Part shown: positions 1 to 13,553 of the stretch, piece after piece | Position numbering within the stretch: position 1 is the first letter of the stretch | Layout of the letters: every line of letters starts with the position of its first letter | From: Candidatus Altimarinota bacterium | Lineage (GTDB): Bacteria; Patescibacteriota; Gracilibacteria; BD1-5; UBA2023 | NCBI GenBank assembly: GCA_043756665.1 | Contig: JAYUQR010000066.1 | Coordinates: forward strand, 1-33,103 | Length of the DNA: 33,103 nucleotides | Direction: 5' to 3' | Translations under genes and position numbers: made by a program | The notes under the pieces: generated by a model | Databases searched by the model: none | The model's input: the letters and a program-made list of their open reading frames with translations, nothing else | What the model was told of the DNA's origin: nothing

Positions 1-1056
1 TCACTCATCATATTCGATCGATTTCAAACAGAAAATGCAAATATGTGTGTCTTCGCAAAATCAGGATGAGGAAAGTCATTCGCGGTAAAACTCGAGATCC
101 TGAGAGCCCTCATGATGGGGACAGATGTGATCGTCCTCGATCCAGAAAATGAGTACAAAGCCCTCGTAGATACGGTCGGCGGAACGTATCTCAATATCAA
201 TCTGAATTCCAATGAACGTATCAATCCATTCGACCTCCCGCGCGCCATGAAAGACACTGATGCGCATCCTGGTGATCTCCTCAGGGGTGCTGTCGTGAAT
301 ATGATCGGACTCCTCCACCTCATGCTCGGAGTCATCACACCCAATGAAGAAGCCATACTCGAAAAAGCACTCATCACGTCCTATTCACTGAAGGGAATCA
401 CGATGGATGATGATAATATCGAAGGGAAAGAAATCCCCCTCATGAAGGATCTCCTCTCAGTTCTCGAGACCATGGAAGGCGCTCGCGGACTCGTCGAACG
501 TCTCGATAAATATGTTTCCGGTATTTTTTCTGGAGTATTTTCCCAATCAACGAACGTCAATCTGAAGGAGTGACTCGTCGTCTTCTCCGTGCGAGACCTC
601 GATGAGATCCTCCGTCCGATCGCGATGTATATGCTCCTGAACTATGTCTGGAATGTTGTGCGATCGAGTGAGAAGAAGCGTATGCTCGTCGTCGATGAGG
701 CATGGAACATCATGCAATATGAGGACTCAGCAAAGTTCCTCTTCGGACTCGTGAAGCGAGCTCGAAAATATGGACTCGGCATCACGACGATCACGCAGGA
801 TGTCGAGGACTTCATGACGAACCAGTATGGGAAGGCGATCGTGACGAATTCATCGATCCAACTCCTCCTGAAACAGTCCCCTGCATCGATCGACATCCTC
901 CAGGACATATTCAAACTCACAGAGCAGGAGAAGTATATCCTCCTGAATGCTTCTGTCGGAACAGGACTCTTCTTTGCTGGAGGGGAACATGTGGGTATCC
1001 AGATCCTCTCATCGTACTTCGAGGAGAAGATCATCACGACGAAGCCAAACGTATAG
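1..1056 (+). CDS. virB4: VirB4/TraC-family ATPase (5' partial)
   Basis: Frame 1 is continuous across TGAs: IFDRFQTENANMCVFAKSGGGKS (Walker A), VIVLDPENEY, INPFD, LVVDEAW (Walker B), KRARKYGLGITTITQDVEDF; stop TAG 1054-1056. Confidence 0.9.
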
Positions 1057-1361
1057 AGAATATATACAAAATATACAAGAAAATATAAAAAAATCATAGC
1101 AAGAGTTTTTCGTATACTCTCTTGAGAAATAATAAATTATCTCTATAGTGAGTACATATCAGAAAGATCGAATCTAAGATACATCGTGCTATTGCGTATG
1201 GTCGACTAAATCCTACGATCCTCGGCAGGCGAAAATGGTATAACTATGTAATCTGCAGTGATGAACTCATATGGGCACGGAACCTTCGGGATGGTTATCA
1301 AATTCACGTATATGATCTCTATGAGAACCACCTCGTAACACTTATTGTATAAATCCTCTCT

Positions 1362-3215
1362 ATGCCAAACGAACGCAATACCGAAAATATCGTCCGAGAT
1401 CATTTCAAGGCTGATCCTCTTTTCTCTGTGATAAAATGGGAGGAACAAAAGTCGATGAACAAGCGAGTAGTAGAAGTACTACAATGAGGAAAATGAGGTG
1501 GAAAGTGAATAGCAAAACCCGAGTTTCTTGTTACTTTCCCACAAGGGAATATGGACTATCTGATTGTCATCGAATGCAAAGCGAGCCCGAAAGATCATGA
1601 AAGTAAAAATCCAAGTGAGAAGTCGAGCGAGAAATCTGTGAAATTTGCTGTTGATGGGGTCCTCTACTATGCAGAAAAACTCAAAGAGGAATACGATGTC
1701 ATCGCTATAGCCGTGAGTGGTGAGACTCTGGATGAGCTCGTCGTGAGCAACTTCCACTGGAAAAAATGAGCCAAAAACGCTGAGGCACTCCCAGATATCC
1801 AGCTTCTCTCGATCAACAACTATCTGAGAACCTTCGCCAATGAGCAATTCTCTGAGAATCTCAAAAATGTCGATATCATCAAGAAGGCAATCGATCTCAA
1901 TGATGAGTACCATGCCTACTCTATCTCTGAGACTACTAGATGTACCATTGTATCAGCGATCCTCCTCGCTCTCACGGACAATGCGTTCCGTATCAGCTAT
2001 GGGACATATACAGACTCTCCTGATATCGCAAAAGCCATGATATCGGCCATTGGGAGTGCTCTCAAGGCAAATGAAGTCCGCAGTCGTGAAGCGATGCTTG
2101 GGGAATATAGCAAAATTCTTAATGAGCCACTCTTTAATCAAAATGAAATAAAGAATGTAAAACAAAAAGAATACAAGAAAACTGTCGAAGTCGTCAAAGA
2201 GATGATCCGCTATCTCGATACCAATGTCTATCCACTCATCAAGATGGAGTCTTCTGGCCTTGATGTGCTTGGGAGATTCTATACTGAGTTTATCAGGTAC
2301 GCTGGTGGAGAGGGTGGCCAGGGACTCGTCCTGACTCCTGCTCATGTGACGGATCTCTTCTGTGATCTCGCCAGTGTAGACAAGGACTCTATCATCTATG
2401 ATCCATGTTGTGGGACGGGAGGATTCCTCATCGCAGCGATGAAGCGTATGCTCAAGGACGCAGGCAATGACGAAGCCAAAAAACTCTCTATCAGAAAAAA
2501 TCAACTTATCGGTATCGAGCTCCGTCCGAGTATGTTCACCTATGCGTGTTCCAACATGATGATGCGAGGAGATGGCAAGTCCAATATATATTGTGGTGAC
2601 TGTTTCCCCATGGAGACGATGATCCGTGATGATCACAAGCCGACAATCGCATTCCTCAATCCTCCCTACGATGTCGGCTCTGCGGGACAGCTCCACTTCA
2701 TCGAGTCAGCACTGGAGATCGTCGCTCCTCAGAAGGGTATTGTCGTCGCTATCGTGCAGATGAGTGTGGGAATTAAGAATGAAAAGGATCTCATAGCAGC
2801 CAAAAAGCGAGTCCTCTCCAAGCATCGTCTCCTCGCTGTCCTCTCTATGCCAGATGAGCTCTTCAATCCTGCAGCGACAGTTGTCACCTCCGTGATGGTG
2901 CTCCGAGCAGGTGAGAAGCATGATGGCAAGAAGACATGGTTCGGATACTGCAAGGATGATGGATTCGAGAAACGCAAACACAAGGGACGAGTCGATGTCC
3001 GCAACAAATGGAAAGCGATCAAAAAATCCTGGGTCGATGCGTATCATAACTCCGATGAGATATCAGGACTCTCAGTGAAAGCAGTCGTATGAGCTGAGGA
3101 TGAGTGGTGTGCTGAGGCATATATGGAGACGGACTATAATACCCTTGCTGATATTGATTTCGAGAAAAAGATGAATGATTATATATCCTTCAAATTCCTA
3201 ACAGGACTCAAATAA
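1362..3215 (+). CDS. Type IIB/IIG (BcgI-alpha-like) restriction endonuclease-N6-adenine methyltransferase fusion, 617 aa
   Basis: Begins MPNERNTENIVR. N-terminal PD-(D/E)xK-like KPEF...IVIECKA, MTase motif I YDPCCGTGGFL and motif IV FLNPPY. Joins track ORFs 1551-1769 and 2037-3092 through TGA; stop TAA 3213-3215. Confidence 0.9.
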
Positions 3216-4168
3216 TGAAGAAACTTTCAGACATCTTTGATATATGGTACTGAGTCAATCTTGAAGTTGTGAATTGTATTGAGACAGACAAATCATGAAT
3301 ACCTTTTGTTTCGAGAACTTCAGAGAACAATGGAGTTTCTACATATGTAGAACAAAACGATTATTTGGAACCCAATCCTGCATTTACGATTAGTATTGCT
3401 TGAAGTGGAAGTGTACTTTCAACCTTTTTTCATGACTACGAATATTATAGTTGACGAGATCTCTATATTGCTAAACCAAGAATAGCACTATCCAAACAAG
3501 AAATGCTTTATTATTGTACTATCATCGAAGCTAACAAGTATAGATATAGCTATGGACGACAAGCGAATAAGACTCTCAAAGATATACTCGTTCCATCTCC
3601 TGAAGATATCCCAGCAAGTGTAAAGGATTATAATCTTGACGATAAATTCATCGAGAAGCCATTATCTCCAAAAAAGCTCACTCTCGATACCAGAAATTGG
3701 AAAATTTTTCTTGCAAAAGAAGTGTTTAAGATTACCCTCGGTCGACCAATTCATAAAAGTGATTTAGAAACAGAACTATCAATAACAGGGAACCCATATA
3801 TCACTAGGACAACTGAAAGAAACTGAACTGAATGATATATTGATGAAGAAATGGAAGAATATATGAATATATGAAATGCTATTACAATTTGAGCTGAGTG
3901 ATTTATGGCATTTTATCAGGAAGAGGATTTCTATAATGGCAATAAAGTGAGCATTCTTCGAAATTCACAACTAAATAAGTATAATGCCATATTTTTAGTA
4001 TCAATCTTAGATAAAGAAGTAGGAAATAGATTTAGTTATTGAAGAGGTGCTGTAAAGTGAAAGCTTGAGAAAATGAAAATCAAACTTCCTATTACTGCCG
4101 ATGAAGTTCCTGATTGGCAATGGATGGAGGAATATATTAAGGGACTTCCATATTCTGCCTCACTCTAA
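3215..4168 (+). CDS. Restriction-modification specificity (S/beta) subunit with two TRD-like halves, 317 aa
   Basis: TAATG overlap with the upstream gene. Internal duplication GIPFVSRTSENNG...YSYGRQANK versus GNPYITRTTERNG...FSYGRGAVK; C-terminus IKLP...PDWQWMEEYIKGLPYS. Confidence 0.85.
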
Positions 4169-4204
4169 AGAAATATTGAAACGGTATTTGTAACTATTGT
4201 ATCT

Positions 4205-4645
4205 ATGCAACTCGATCTCACTCGCGAACAATTTCTCATGCTCATGAAACTGGTATTTCTCGGAGAGTTTGTTATAAATTGACATGCATTGCCCCAAGAG
4301 TGGCAAGAAGAGCCCATGAAATTGAAAGATTTTATAGTACAGAAAGCAGTTGATACTAAAATATTGGATTATCTCGAGTACTATACTTGATCCAAGGAGT
4401 ATGATTATTCACATGAGAAAAATGAGGAATTTTATGATCTGATAGATCAGTACTGTAGCCAAAATTTCCATGAAGATCTCGTAGAGATTATTTCTCATAA
4501 TATATTAAGAAAGAAATATGGCGGATGAACAATAAATGTTATGTCTGCAGAAAAATACGATCACTTATTTAGTCAGATGATAGATACAGTAATAAATGAT
4601 ATTACCAAAAATGAATATGAAAATATTGTCTTGTCGACCGAGTAA
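4205..4645 (+). CDS. Hypothetical protein, 146 aa
   Basis: MQLDLTREQFLMLMKLVFLGEFVING... is open with 3 TGA up to TAA 4643-4645. No motif recognised. Confidence 0.7.
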
Positions 4646-4673
4646 TTCCCAGTTCCCAACTATACTTTTTCTT

Positions 4674-6719
4674 ATGAAAAAATTCCGCATCCCATTTTTC
4701 ATTATAGGAAGTATAGTTTTCTTTGTTTTCGTATATGTTTCCTATTTTCTCCCTCTTACTATCCCACCTCTTGCTTCATCTCTCGTAATCCGAGATGTGC
4801 ATGATGAGGAAATAGGCGAGATCATAGCAGATAAGCGTATCCGACACCGTGATATTGCATTTGATGATATCCCCAGTTTCTATCTGAGTGGACTCCTTTG
4901 GATCGAGGATCGAGATTTCTGGGACAATAGTGGGATCAGTTATCGAGGGGTTGCTCGGAGTCTCCTTCACAATATCCGTGCATGAAGGATCGTCGAATGA
5001 GCTTCGACGATCTCGGCACAACTCGTCAGAAATGCTCTCTGGATCAATGAAGATCGAGACCTCATGCACAAACTCCTCGAATCGCTCTACGCCATCAGGA
5101 TTAACCATATCCTGAGCAAGAAGGAGATCCTCACTGAGTATGTGAATCGCATCGGATTCGGGTATATGAATTTCGGACTGCGATCAGCATCACTTTATTA
5201 CTTCGGCAAGGAGCCAAAACATCTCACAGAAGCCGAGCAGGTTGCCCTGCTCATCATTCCGAAAAATCCGAATGTCTATGATCCTTTTCTCCATCCAGTC
5301 GCCTTCCAGAAGCGCTATGTGAAGCTATTGAATACCTTCGAAAGTGGCGGAGTCTTGAATTCGACTGATCGTGCGAGGATAGGATCAGAGCATCTGGACT
5401 TCCTCACGAAGCATACTCCCATCCTCCCATATGTCACTGACTTTATCCGATCGAGTCTCTCGGGAAGTGAGCAATCTCCGGGAGTGCTCGTGACGACGTT
5501 CGACCTCGGACTCACGAAACGCATCGATACCATCGCACAATCCATCCTCGATCGACTCTCTTGGCGCAATGTTTCTGACTATGGCATCCTCATCGCAGAG
5601 CGAACGCCGAGTGGTCCAGCTTTGCGAGTCATGATCGGGGGGAAGAACTATCACGAGTCCGAGAGATGACAAGTCAATACGACGCTCGCACTCAGGCAGC
5701 CTGGATCGACGATCAAGCCCTTCACCTACCTCCTCGCATTTCAGAATCTCGGATATACTCCAGAGAGTATGATGACGGATCTCCCCGTGCACTATGCTAC
5801 AGCGGAGGGATATGCCTATGAACCGAAGAATTATTCCCAGAAGTATAGTGGGGAAGTGTCACTGCGAGAAGCACTTTCACAGAGTATCAATATCCCTGCC
5901 GTGAAGCTTCTCGAACAGGTCGGTGTCCAGACACTCCTGGATTTCCTCCATACCATTGGGATCACTTCCCTCAGAGAATCCAGTGACCACTATGGACTCG
6001 CACTCACGCTCGGTGATGGAGAAGTAACGCTCTTCGAACTCCTCCAGGCATATTCTATTTTTGCCTATGATGGACAGTATTGTCCGATCACTTTTACCCT
6101 CTCTGGTGGATCGCTATGCCACCAGGTCGTAGATCAGAAATATATCGATAGGATCAACTCGATCCTCATGGATCGCTATGCGAAACTTCCAGAATTCCCG
6201 ATCAATTCCTCCCTCGACTTCGCTGACCGACGAGTGGCCCTGAAGACGGGGACATCGAGAAACTTCCGAGATAATTGGACAATCGGATTCACGGACCACT
6301 ATATGATCGGTGTCTGGACGGGGAACAAGAGTGGCGAGAATATGAAGTGAGTGAGTGGGGCAACCTGAGCGTGAGAAATATTCGCGAAGATCGTCTATGC
6401 GCTCGAACCAGAGGAGACGATTCCAGAGATTCACGAGAGCAAAAAGGAATCATTACCCTTTCTCACCATCACGAGTCCGCTCGGAGGCTCGGTCTACGAA
6501 CGAGATCCACTGAAAGTCGAAAGTCTTCAGGAGATCGCACTCCGGTTTCGTACCAATGTATCCTATGATAAAGTGAACTGGACGATCAATGGGAAACCAA
6601 TAGAGAAAGAAAATTTCACACTTTACCCTGGAATATATATCTTCGAAATAGCGCTCCAAAAGGATGGGAAGAATATCGCGAGTGAGAAGAGTAGTATAAC
6701 AGTTCATGATCGGGAATAG
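4674..6719 (+). CDS. pbpC: Penicillin-binding protein 1C (transglycosylase + transpeptidase), 681 aa
   Basis: N-terminal TM segment; GT51 motifs IEDRDF and GASTISAQLVRN; transpeptidase motifs QPGSTIKPF (SxxK), SINIPAV (SxN) and KTGTS; lies next to the alpha-2-macroglobulin gene. Confidence 0.9.
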
Positions 6720-6723
6720 ATCC

Positions 6724-6750
6724 TTGCAAATCCTCTAAAACGTATATACT
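6724..6750 (+). promoter_or_regulatory. Possible sigma70-type promoter of the alpha-2-macroglobulin gene
   Basis: TTGCAA-15 nt-TATACT about 30 nt before ATG 6781; the spacer is short. Confidence 0.35.
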
Positions 6751-6780
6751 TATCTATAAGTCTTCTTAAACCTCATTTCT

Positions 6781-9700
6781 ATGCCGAAAAAAACTTCTCA
6801 GAGTATGCTAACTGATACACAAGTTTCTCCACCTTCGAATCACTGGAAGTTTATCCTCGCAGGGATCATCGTTGTCCTCATCGGTGTGATCATTGTGATC
6901 AATCAGATGGCACCAGCACTATTGCGTTTCGTTTCGGAGAAACCGAGTGCTTCGGGCGAGATATGGGATTTTTCTGAGAGTGATGATAAGATCCCGTATG
7001 ATACCAAGGTACTCTCACTCGTCCTCCCGACTTCGGTGGATTCATGAGCGATCATAGCATCATGATCCGTCACACTGACCCCACATGTCGATGGGGTTGT
7101 CTCACTCAGTTCTGATCAGAAAACCCTGACCTATACGCTCTCGAAGACACTCTCGATCGGTGAGACCTATGAGCTCAGAATCGCAGGGTCAGTTCAGGGG
7201 AAAGATGGGAAAAAACTTGGGAAAGATCAGGTGCGTACATTCACAGCACTTCCGAGTGCTATGGTTCAGGGCATATTTCCAAAATGAAATCTCGATACCC
7301 TGAGTCAGAATATCACCGTTGTATTCAATATGCCGATGGTACGCATGACGAATCTCACGGAGCGTGACACACTCCCATGCCCCCTCACGATCACGCCAAA
7401 AGTCGAAGGGAAGTGTGTATGGACGAATACGAGCATTCTCGAATTCATACCATCGACATCTCTTCAGGGTGCTACGCGCTATCGTCTCGAGGTGACAGGA
7501 ACCGCAGGTCTTCTCCATACACTCTCAGGATCCTCTACGAGTGATATCATGACGACTCCACTTCGCGTGAGTGTCTCAGGAGAGTTCTCTCCACTTTCAG
7601 GGATTTCCCTCATGACCAATATTCCTGTGAATCTCGATAATCTCAGTGTCTCTACTGAACTCTTTCTCGAGAATGGTACAGGAACTGAGAATCAGAGTAT
7701 CAAAATAGAGTCAATCATTACACCAGACAAAAATGAAAGTGGAGCGCTCAGTGAGACGAGCTTCACGATCACACCAAAGAGTCAGTCCTATACCTACAAT
7801 ACGAACTATACAGTCAAAGTTCATACGACCCTGAAGCCGAAATATGGAACTGAGCCACTTGGGCAAGAGGTGAATGGCTCACTCCATACGAATGATTTTG
7901 TCTGGGTTTCTGCCTATCAGAATATCCTCAGTGCTACCTGAGTAACTGTAGACACTCAATTCTATGGTGAGGTTCCAAAGGAAGGTGTGTGAGTAGTCCT
8001 TCCCAGTGCATGACTCTATTTCCTTGCTTCTTTTGATCAGGAGATACCCCTTGATAAATCACTCTTTCTCCTTCGATCTCGTGATGATCGTACTCCAGTC
8101 GAGTTCGATATTGCCTATTCCAAGAAGGAGCTCTATAATATGAGTGGAAATATCACTGCTGTGGTCGATGACAAACAGGTACTGAGAATCACACCAAAAT
8201 CAACCCTGAAACAGAATACTGACTATGAATTCGTCGTTCAGAAAAAGGCAAATAGAGCACTGACATCTGACACGCTTCGACGCTTCCATACTGCGCCAGA
8301 ACTTCTACTCTCAGGCTTCCAACTCATTTCGAATACCGTTGGATGTGTCTATTCCAATAGCGACCTCGGAGATACTGAAGCTTCCGGATCGATCGTGACG
8401 AATCCTCTTTCACGAAAACCAACAATCACCCAAGATTATGGTCAGAATATCTGGAATCCAAATGGTTCATCCTATACGGTCGAGTATACCTGTCCACAAG
8501 TTTCTGGAAAGATCGCATATATCGTCGATCTGAGACTCGACCCAGAGCGTCCATATAGTATTACTTTTGGCACTCCGATCACTGATACCTATAATCAGCA
8601 TCTCGCGAAGCCGACTGCCTTCACGACCAAAACGGGTCCAATATCACCGAAGGATCAGTATCTCTATAGTAGTCTCGATGACAATCAGACTCAGGTTATT
8701 CCATCGACTCTTCCGATCATACTTGGGCTCCTCTCGGTCAATATAGAGAGTGCAAATATCGATGTCTGTGAGATGAATCAGGAAGAATATTTGAAGTACC
8801 TCAACTGGCAGTCGACCACTTCATCGATGGAGTATGACTGTACGAATAAAGTCACGAAAAAAATCGCACTCAAAAATCACTATTGGACCCAGACACCCAC
8901 GAAGGTCGATATCGAGAAAGAAGTGCTCGGTCATGCATTCATAACTCCGTATATCTACGTTCATGGATATATTGCTGATGCAACTTCTGATGACTATCAG
9001 AAACAGTTCAGGCATGTATTTCTCAGGTCCAATCTCTCACTTGCCCTCGAAGATGGGAAAAATAGTCGAGTGCTCTTCGCTTCGAGTTACGATGCGAAAA
9101 TACTCCCTTCGGACCTGACTTTTGAGGTGTATCGATACAATGGAGATAGTACTACTTTTGAAAAGATCGAAAAATTCCCTATACTTTACGATGCGAAGAA
9201 GCAGGTCTATACCATCACTGATCCTGATATTCAATTCAATCTCCTGATCGCGAAGAATAAAGATTTCTCTGGAGTCCTGAATATGTATGCCGATCAGACA
9301 TCAAACTACGACTTCAAGTATATTTCTGGTATGGATGCATCGAATCGAGACTATCTCTATATCTACCCAGAGCGACCCCTCTACAAGCGAGGTGACACTG
9401 TCTCCTTCAAGTGAATCCTCCGAAGTTACCAATTCGATGGATATCATCTCTCAGCCGTGAAAAAAGGAAAACTGAGGATCATTACATCAGAATGAGTATC
9501 TCTCAAAGATATGGATGTCACTCTCGATAAGCAATCGAATTTCCATGGATCATTTCTTCTTCCAGAGACCGCACCATTCGGCAGATATAGCTTCGAGTTC
9601 GAGGCGATGGATGAGAAAGAGAATCAGATTTATGCGTATACTAATGGTGAATTCTTCCTCGATGCCTATAAGAAACCGGTCTTCAAGGTCACAACTGATA

Positions 9701-12700
9701 CGCTTATCCCTGATGTTATGCTAGGAGCAAAAACCGATGTTCATGGTCACGCGGAGTATTATTTCTGAGGTATGCTTGGAGGGGCAGACTACCAATACTC
9801 CCTTCTCTCACAGAAATACTATTTCAATCCTCGTGATTACAGTGAATATAGTTTCTCTCGTGATACTGCCTATAGAGACTGTTTCTACTGGAGTGTCTGT
9901 GAATACAGTGATTCACTCGATGATTCTGGAACTGGGAAGCTTGATGCAGGGGGCAATGCTACTCTCCACCATACCTATACACTTTCGGGATCACTCGGTG
10001 AGAAGATTTATACCTACTCGCTCGAAGTGTCTGATCCAGATACTGGGAAGACAGTCAATCATACAACGAGTCAGATCGTCCATGCGACGGATGGCTATGT
10101 CGGTATCAGGGCTCCCTACTGGAATAATGGGAAATCAGGCGTCAAACTCGATGGCATTGTCCTTGATTATATGGCAAAATGAGTTGCCTCAAAGGATGTC
10201 GGACTCGAGCTCGTGCAGCGAGAGTGGAAAAATGTCAAAAAACAGGGAGTGGATGGAGTATTTTATAATGAAGGATTTCTCGATGAATCTATTATTGCAA
10301 CCGCGAAGGTGCGATCAGATCAGATTGGAGCTTTTCAGTATACGTTTCTCTCTGCAACGGGCTGAGAATATGAACTCCGCGCAACCTATACTGGATCTAA
10401 CGGTATTCCTTTCACCTCGAGTACCTATGCGTACGTCTCATGAGGCAATGAGGATTTCTCTTGGTTCGAGAGAAATAATGCCATCGCAGAACTCACTCCA
10501 GACAAGTCGATGCTCTCGGTCGGAGAGCGTGCTGGATTCACCCTGAAGACTCCGATTCAGTCAGGAAAGATGCTCATCAGTATCGAGAAAGATGATGGTA
10601 TCCTCGATTCATATGTCCAGGATATCACGAGTACAACCACTCGTATCGAATTTGGAGTACTCGATAACTATATCCCGAATGTGTATGTGAAGGTTTTTGC
10701 CCTCGGACAGAATCCGTGAGAAAAACTCCCCACCTATAAGCGTGCTCTCTCCGTGATCAAGGTCCTTCCAGATCCGAAGAAGCTCTCAGTCACAGTATCT
10801 ACCGAGAAAAAACAGTACCTCCCGGGTGAGAAAGTAAAAATCACGGTGAGTGTCAAGGATGCCAATGGCAAGTGAGTCGCTCGAGCGAATGGCAGTCTCT
10901 CGGTCGTCGATGAGAGCCTCCTTGCCCTCGCAGGAAATCCTGAGAAAAATCCATTTGCCTTCTTCTATGATATGAAGCGCTACCTCGGTGTCGTGACCTA
11001 TATTTCCCTCCAGAATCTCATCCAGAAGCTCGAAGTGAAAGATGCTTCTGAGGGAGAGAAGGGATGAGCGGGTGATGGACAGAAGGGAGGACTGAGTAAG
11101 AAAAAACGAGGAGAATTCAAGGATACCGCCTTCTGGCAGGCTGACTTCACGACGGACCAGAATGGGAACTTCACCCTCACAACTCCAATTCTTCCCGATA
11201 ATCTCACGACCTGGGTGATCGAGTCGGTCGTGAATACCGCGAAGACAGAGGTTGGTGCTGGACAGACACATATCCAGACAACCAAGACCGTCGTCATCAA
11301 TGACAATCTCCCGAGATTTCTCGGAACAGCCGATACCGTCGAGATTGCCCCGGTTATCTTCAATAAAACCGAAAAAGATGGAATCTTCGATATCTCGATC
11401 GAGGCAGATCATGTCACCCTCGAGAAATCCAAGCAGTCAGTCGATATCAAGGCAGGAGATCAAGCTCTTGTACCATTTCGCATGGTAGTCGATGGGATAG
11501 AGAAGCTCCGTACTGTCTCACCTCGTGCGTCGAAGATCATAATCAGGGCAGTAGCACGATCGTCGGGTGAGATGGATCTCATGGAGGTGACACTTCCGAT
11601 TATCGAGACGACGACGACTGAGCAAGTTGCGACGAGTGGACGAGCCGATCCGACGAGCGATGAGGAGATCGCGCTCCAGAGTGATATCCGTGCGAATGGT
11701 GGATCGCTTGTAGTCAACTATGCTGCGACCCTCCTCCCTGGGCTCCTCTCAGGCATCAACTTCCTCGCGGCCTATCCATATGGATGCATCGAGCAAAAAC
11801 TCGCTGCTATCATGCCACAGGTCTATATGAAGAGACTCTATGAGAGTCTCGGAAAGCCATATGATCTCGGTACCATATTCGTGAAGAAGTATATCGGAAG
11901 GGGCGATGGGTATATCCTGGTGTCGATGAAGGATGCGATCGGTGAAGTGATGACGGGACTGAAGAACTATCAGCATCCAGATGGCGGATTCGGCTACTGG
12001 ACGGCACTGGAGTCTGACTGGACTCAATGGGAACAATCGAATATTTTCCTCACACTCGAGGTGGTTGATCGCCTTCATGATCTCGCGAAGGTAGGATTCA
12101 GTACCCCTCCAGAAATCCTCTCTGAAGCCTCGAAATATATCAAAAAAATATTTTATACGAATCATCGCAATTATTGTTCAGACAATTGTGGCTATGGACT
12201 CACCGATCGACTCCATATGATCGCATGAGTGCTCGATGCTATCCCAGATGACTATGAAGCCTACAAGATGTACCAAGTCCTCGTCCAGGATGCCAAGAAT
12301 AGAGATCCAAGTCTCGATCTCAGATCAGAGAAGACTCTTGGAACTCAGGGAGTGGACTTTTCTCTTGTACAGGCCGATCTCCTTATACGACTTGCTTCAC
12401 TCACACGCATATCTGCAGAAGAAAAATCAAACCTCCTGACTCAAGCAAAAAGCATGATGAAACGAATCGCAGATGAGAATGTCGTCATAAATCCTCGAGG
12501 TGCCTTCATCGGTCGATCAGGAACCGCTTCTCGTCTCTCGAATACTCTCACATTTATCAATCTCATTATCCGTATCGGTGGATCTGATGCTCTCCAGTAT
12601 CAGACGATTCTCGATCATATGACTCGGTGGGTCATGAGTGAGAAAAGGCTCGACGGCAGCTGGTGATCCACAGCGGACACGACGGCAGTCATCCGCTCCA

Positions 12701-13482
12701 TCACTGCACGAGAACGTATGACCCGAGAGGCGGCGAGCACTCACCTCCAAGCAACAGTATCACTTGACTCCACGGTCCTCGATCGTGAAAATATCGGTAA
12801 GGAGAATATTCTCGCTGTCTTCTCGACAGGATTCTCACTCGACCGTCTTCAGGATCATTCGGTCCTCCATTTCGAGAAGGTCGGAACAGGTCGGATCTAC
12901 TATGATATCGCCCTCCAGTATGCACTGAAGGCAAGTAGGATCACCCCTCGAAATGAAGGATTCTTCATCGAGTCGGCGTACTACGACTATGATGAGTATC
13001 GCAGGATAGAGAAAGCGAAAGAAGAAGAATGGAATCGCTATATCCAGAACCAGATCCTCTATACTGACCTCCAGTATCCACGGGAAGTCGTGATGTATAT
13101 GAAGCCACTCTCGACCCTCAAGGTTGGGAAGCTCGTCCTCGTCTCGAATCGTATGATCACTCCAGAGCCTCGAGATCAGGTCGCATTCGAGGGATTCATC
13201 CCATCAGGAACTGAGCTCGTCAATCCGAATCTGAAGACAGAATCTGCTGATATCACTCAGTCAGTCTCACCTCGAACTTCACTCTTCGATCATGAAGAAT
13301 GGCAGGATGACAGGTATTTCGGAACCACATCCCGTCTGGATGCTGGAGTCTACGCCTTCACCTATATCATCCGTCCCACACACGTCGGAACGTATGAGCT
13401 CCGTCCGACTCGGATATCTGAGTTTTACCATCCAGAAGTCTTCGGTCGTACTGCAGGGAAGTCAGTACAGATACTCCCATAA
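6781..13482 (+). CDS. Bacterial alpha-2-macroglobulin family protein, 2233 aa, with N-terminal TM anchor and Ig-like repeats
   Basis: Nine track ORFs lie in one frame and are joined only by TGA. Motifs: YIYPERPLYKRGDTVSFKG (MG2), YKKPVFKV, YLPGEKVKITV, VVDESLLAL, RGEFKDTAFW, LPDNLTTW, thioester YPYGCIEQ (CIEQ 11785-11796), YQHPDGGFGYW, WGSTADT, C-terminal EFYHPEVFGRT. Confidence 0.93.
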
Positions 13483-13498
13483 TCCTCTCTACTTTTCT

Positions 13499-13526
13499 TT
13501 GCTTTTTCTCCCTTTCTGTCTATAAT
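13499..13526 (+). promoter_or_regulatory. Putative sigma70 promoter of efp
   Basis: TTGCTT-16 nt-TATAAT, 27 nt upstream of the ATG. Confidence 0.6.
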
Positions 13527-13553
13527 CGGCTCGTTATAGTTATTTTCTCTCTT

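Noticed and set aside
61-78. UGA as Trp (code 4) or selenocysteine
   Set aside because: TGA aligns to conserved Gly (Walker A, NLGDE, IGNL, GPH), and conserved Trp residues use TGG.
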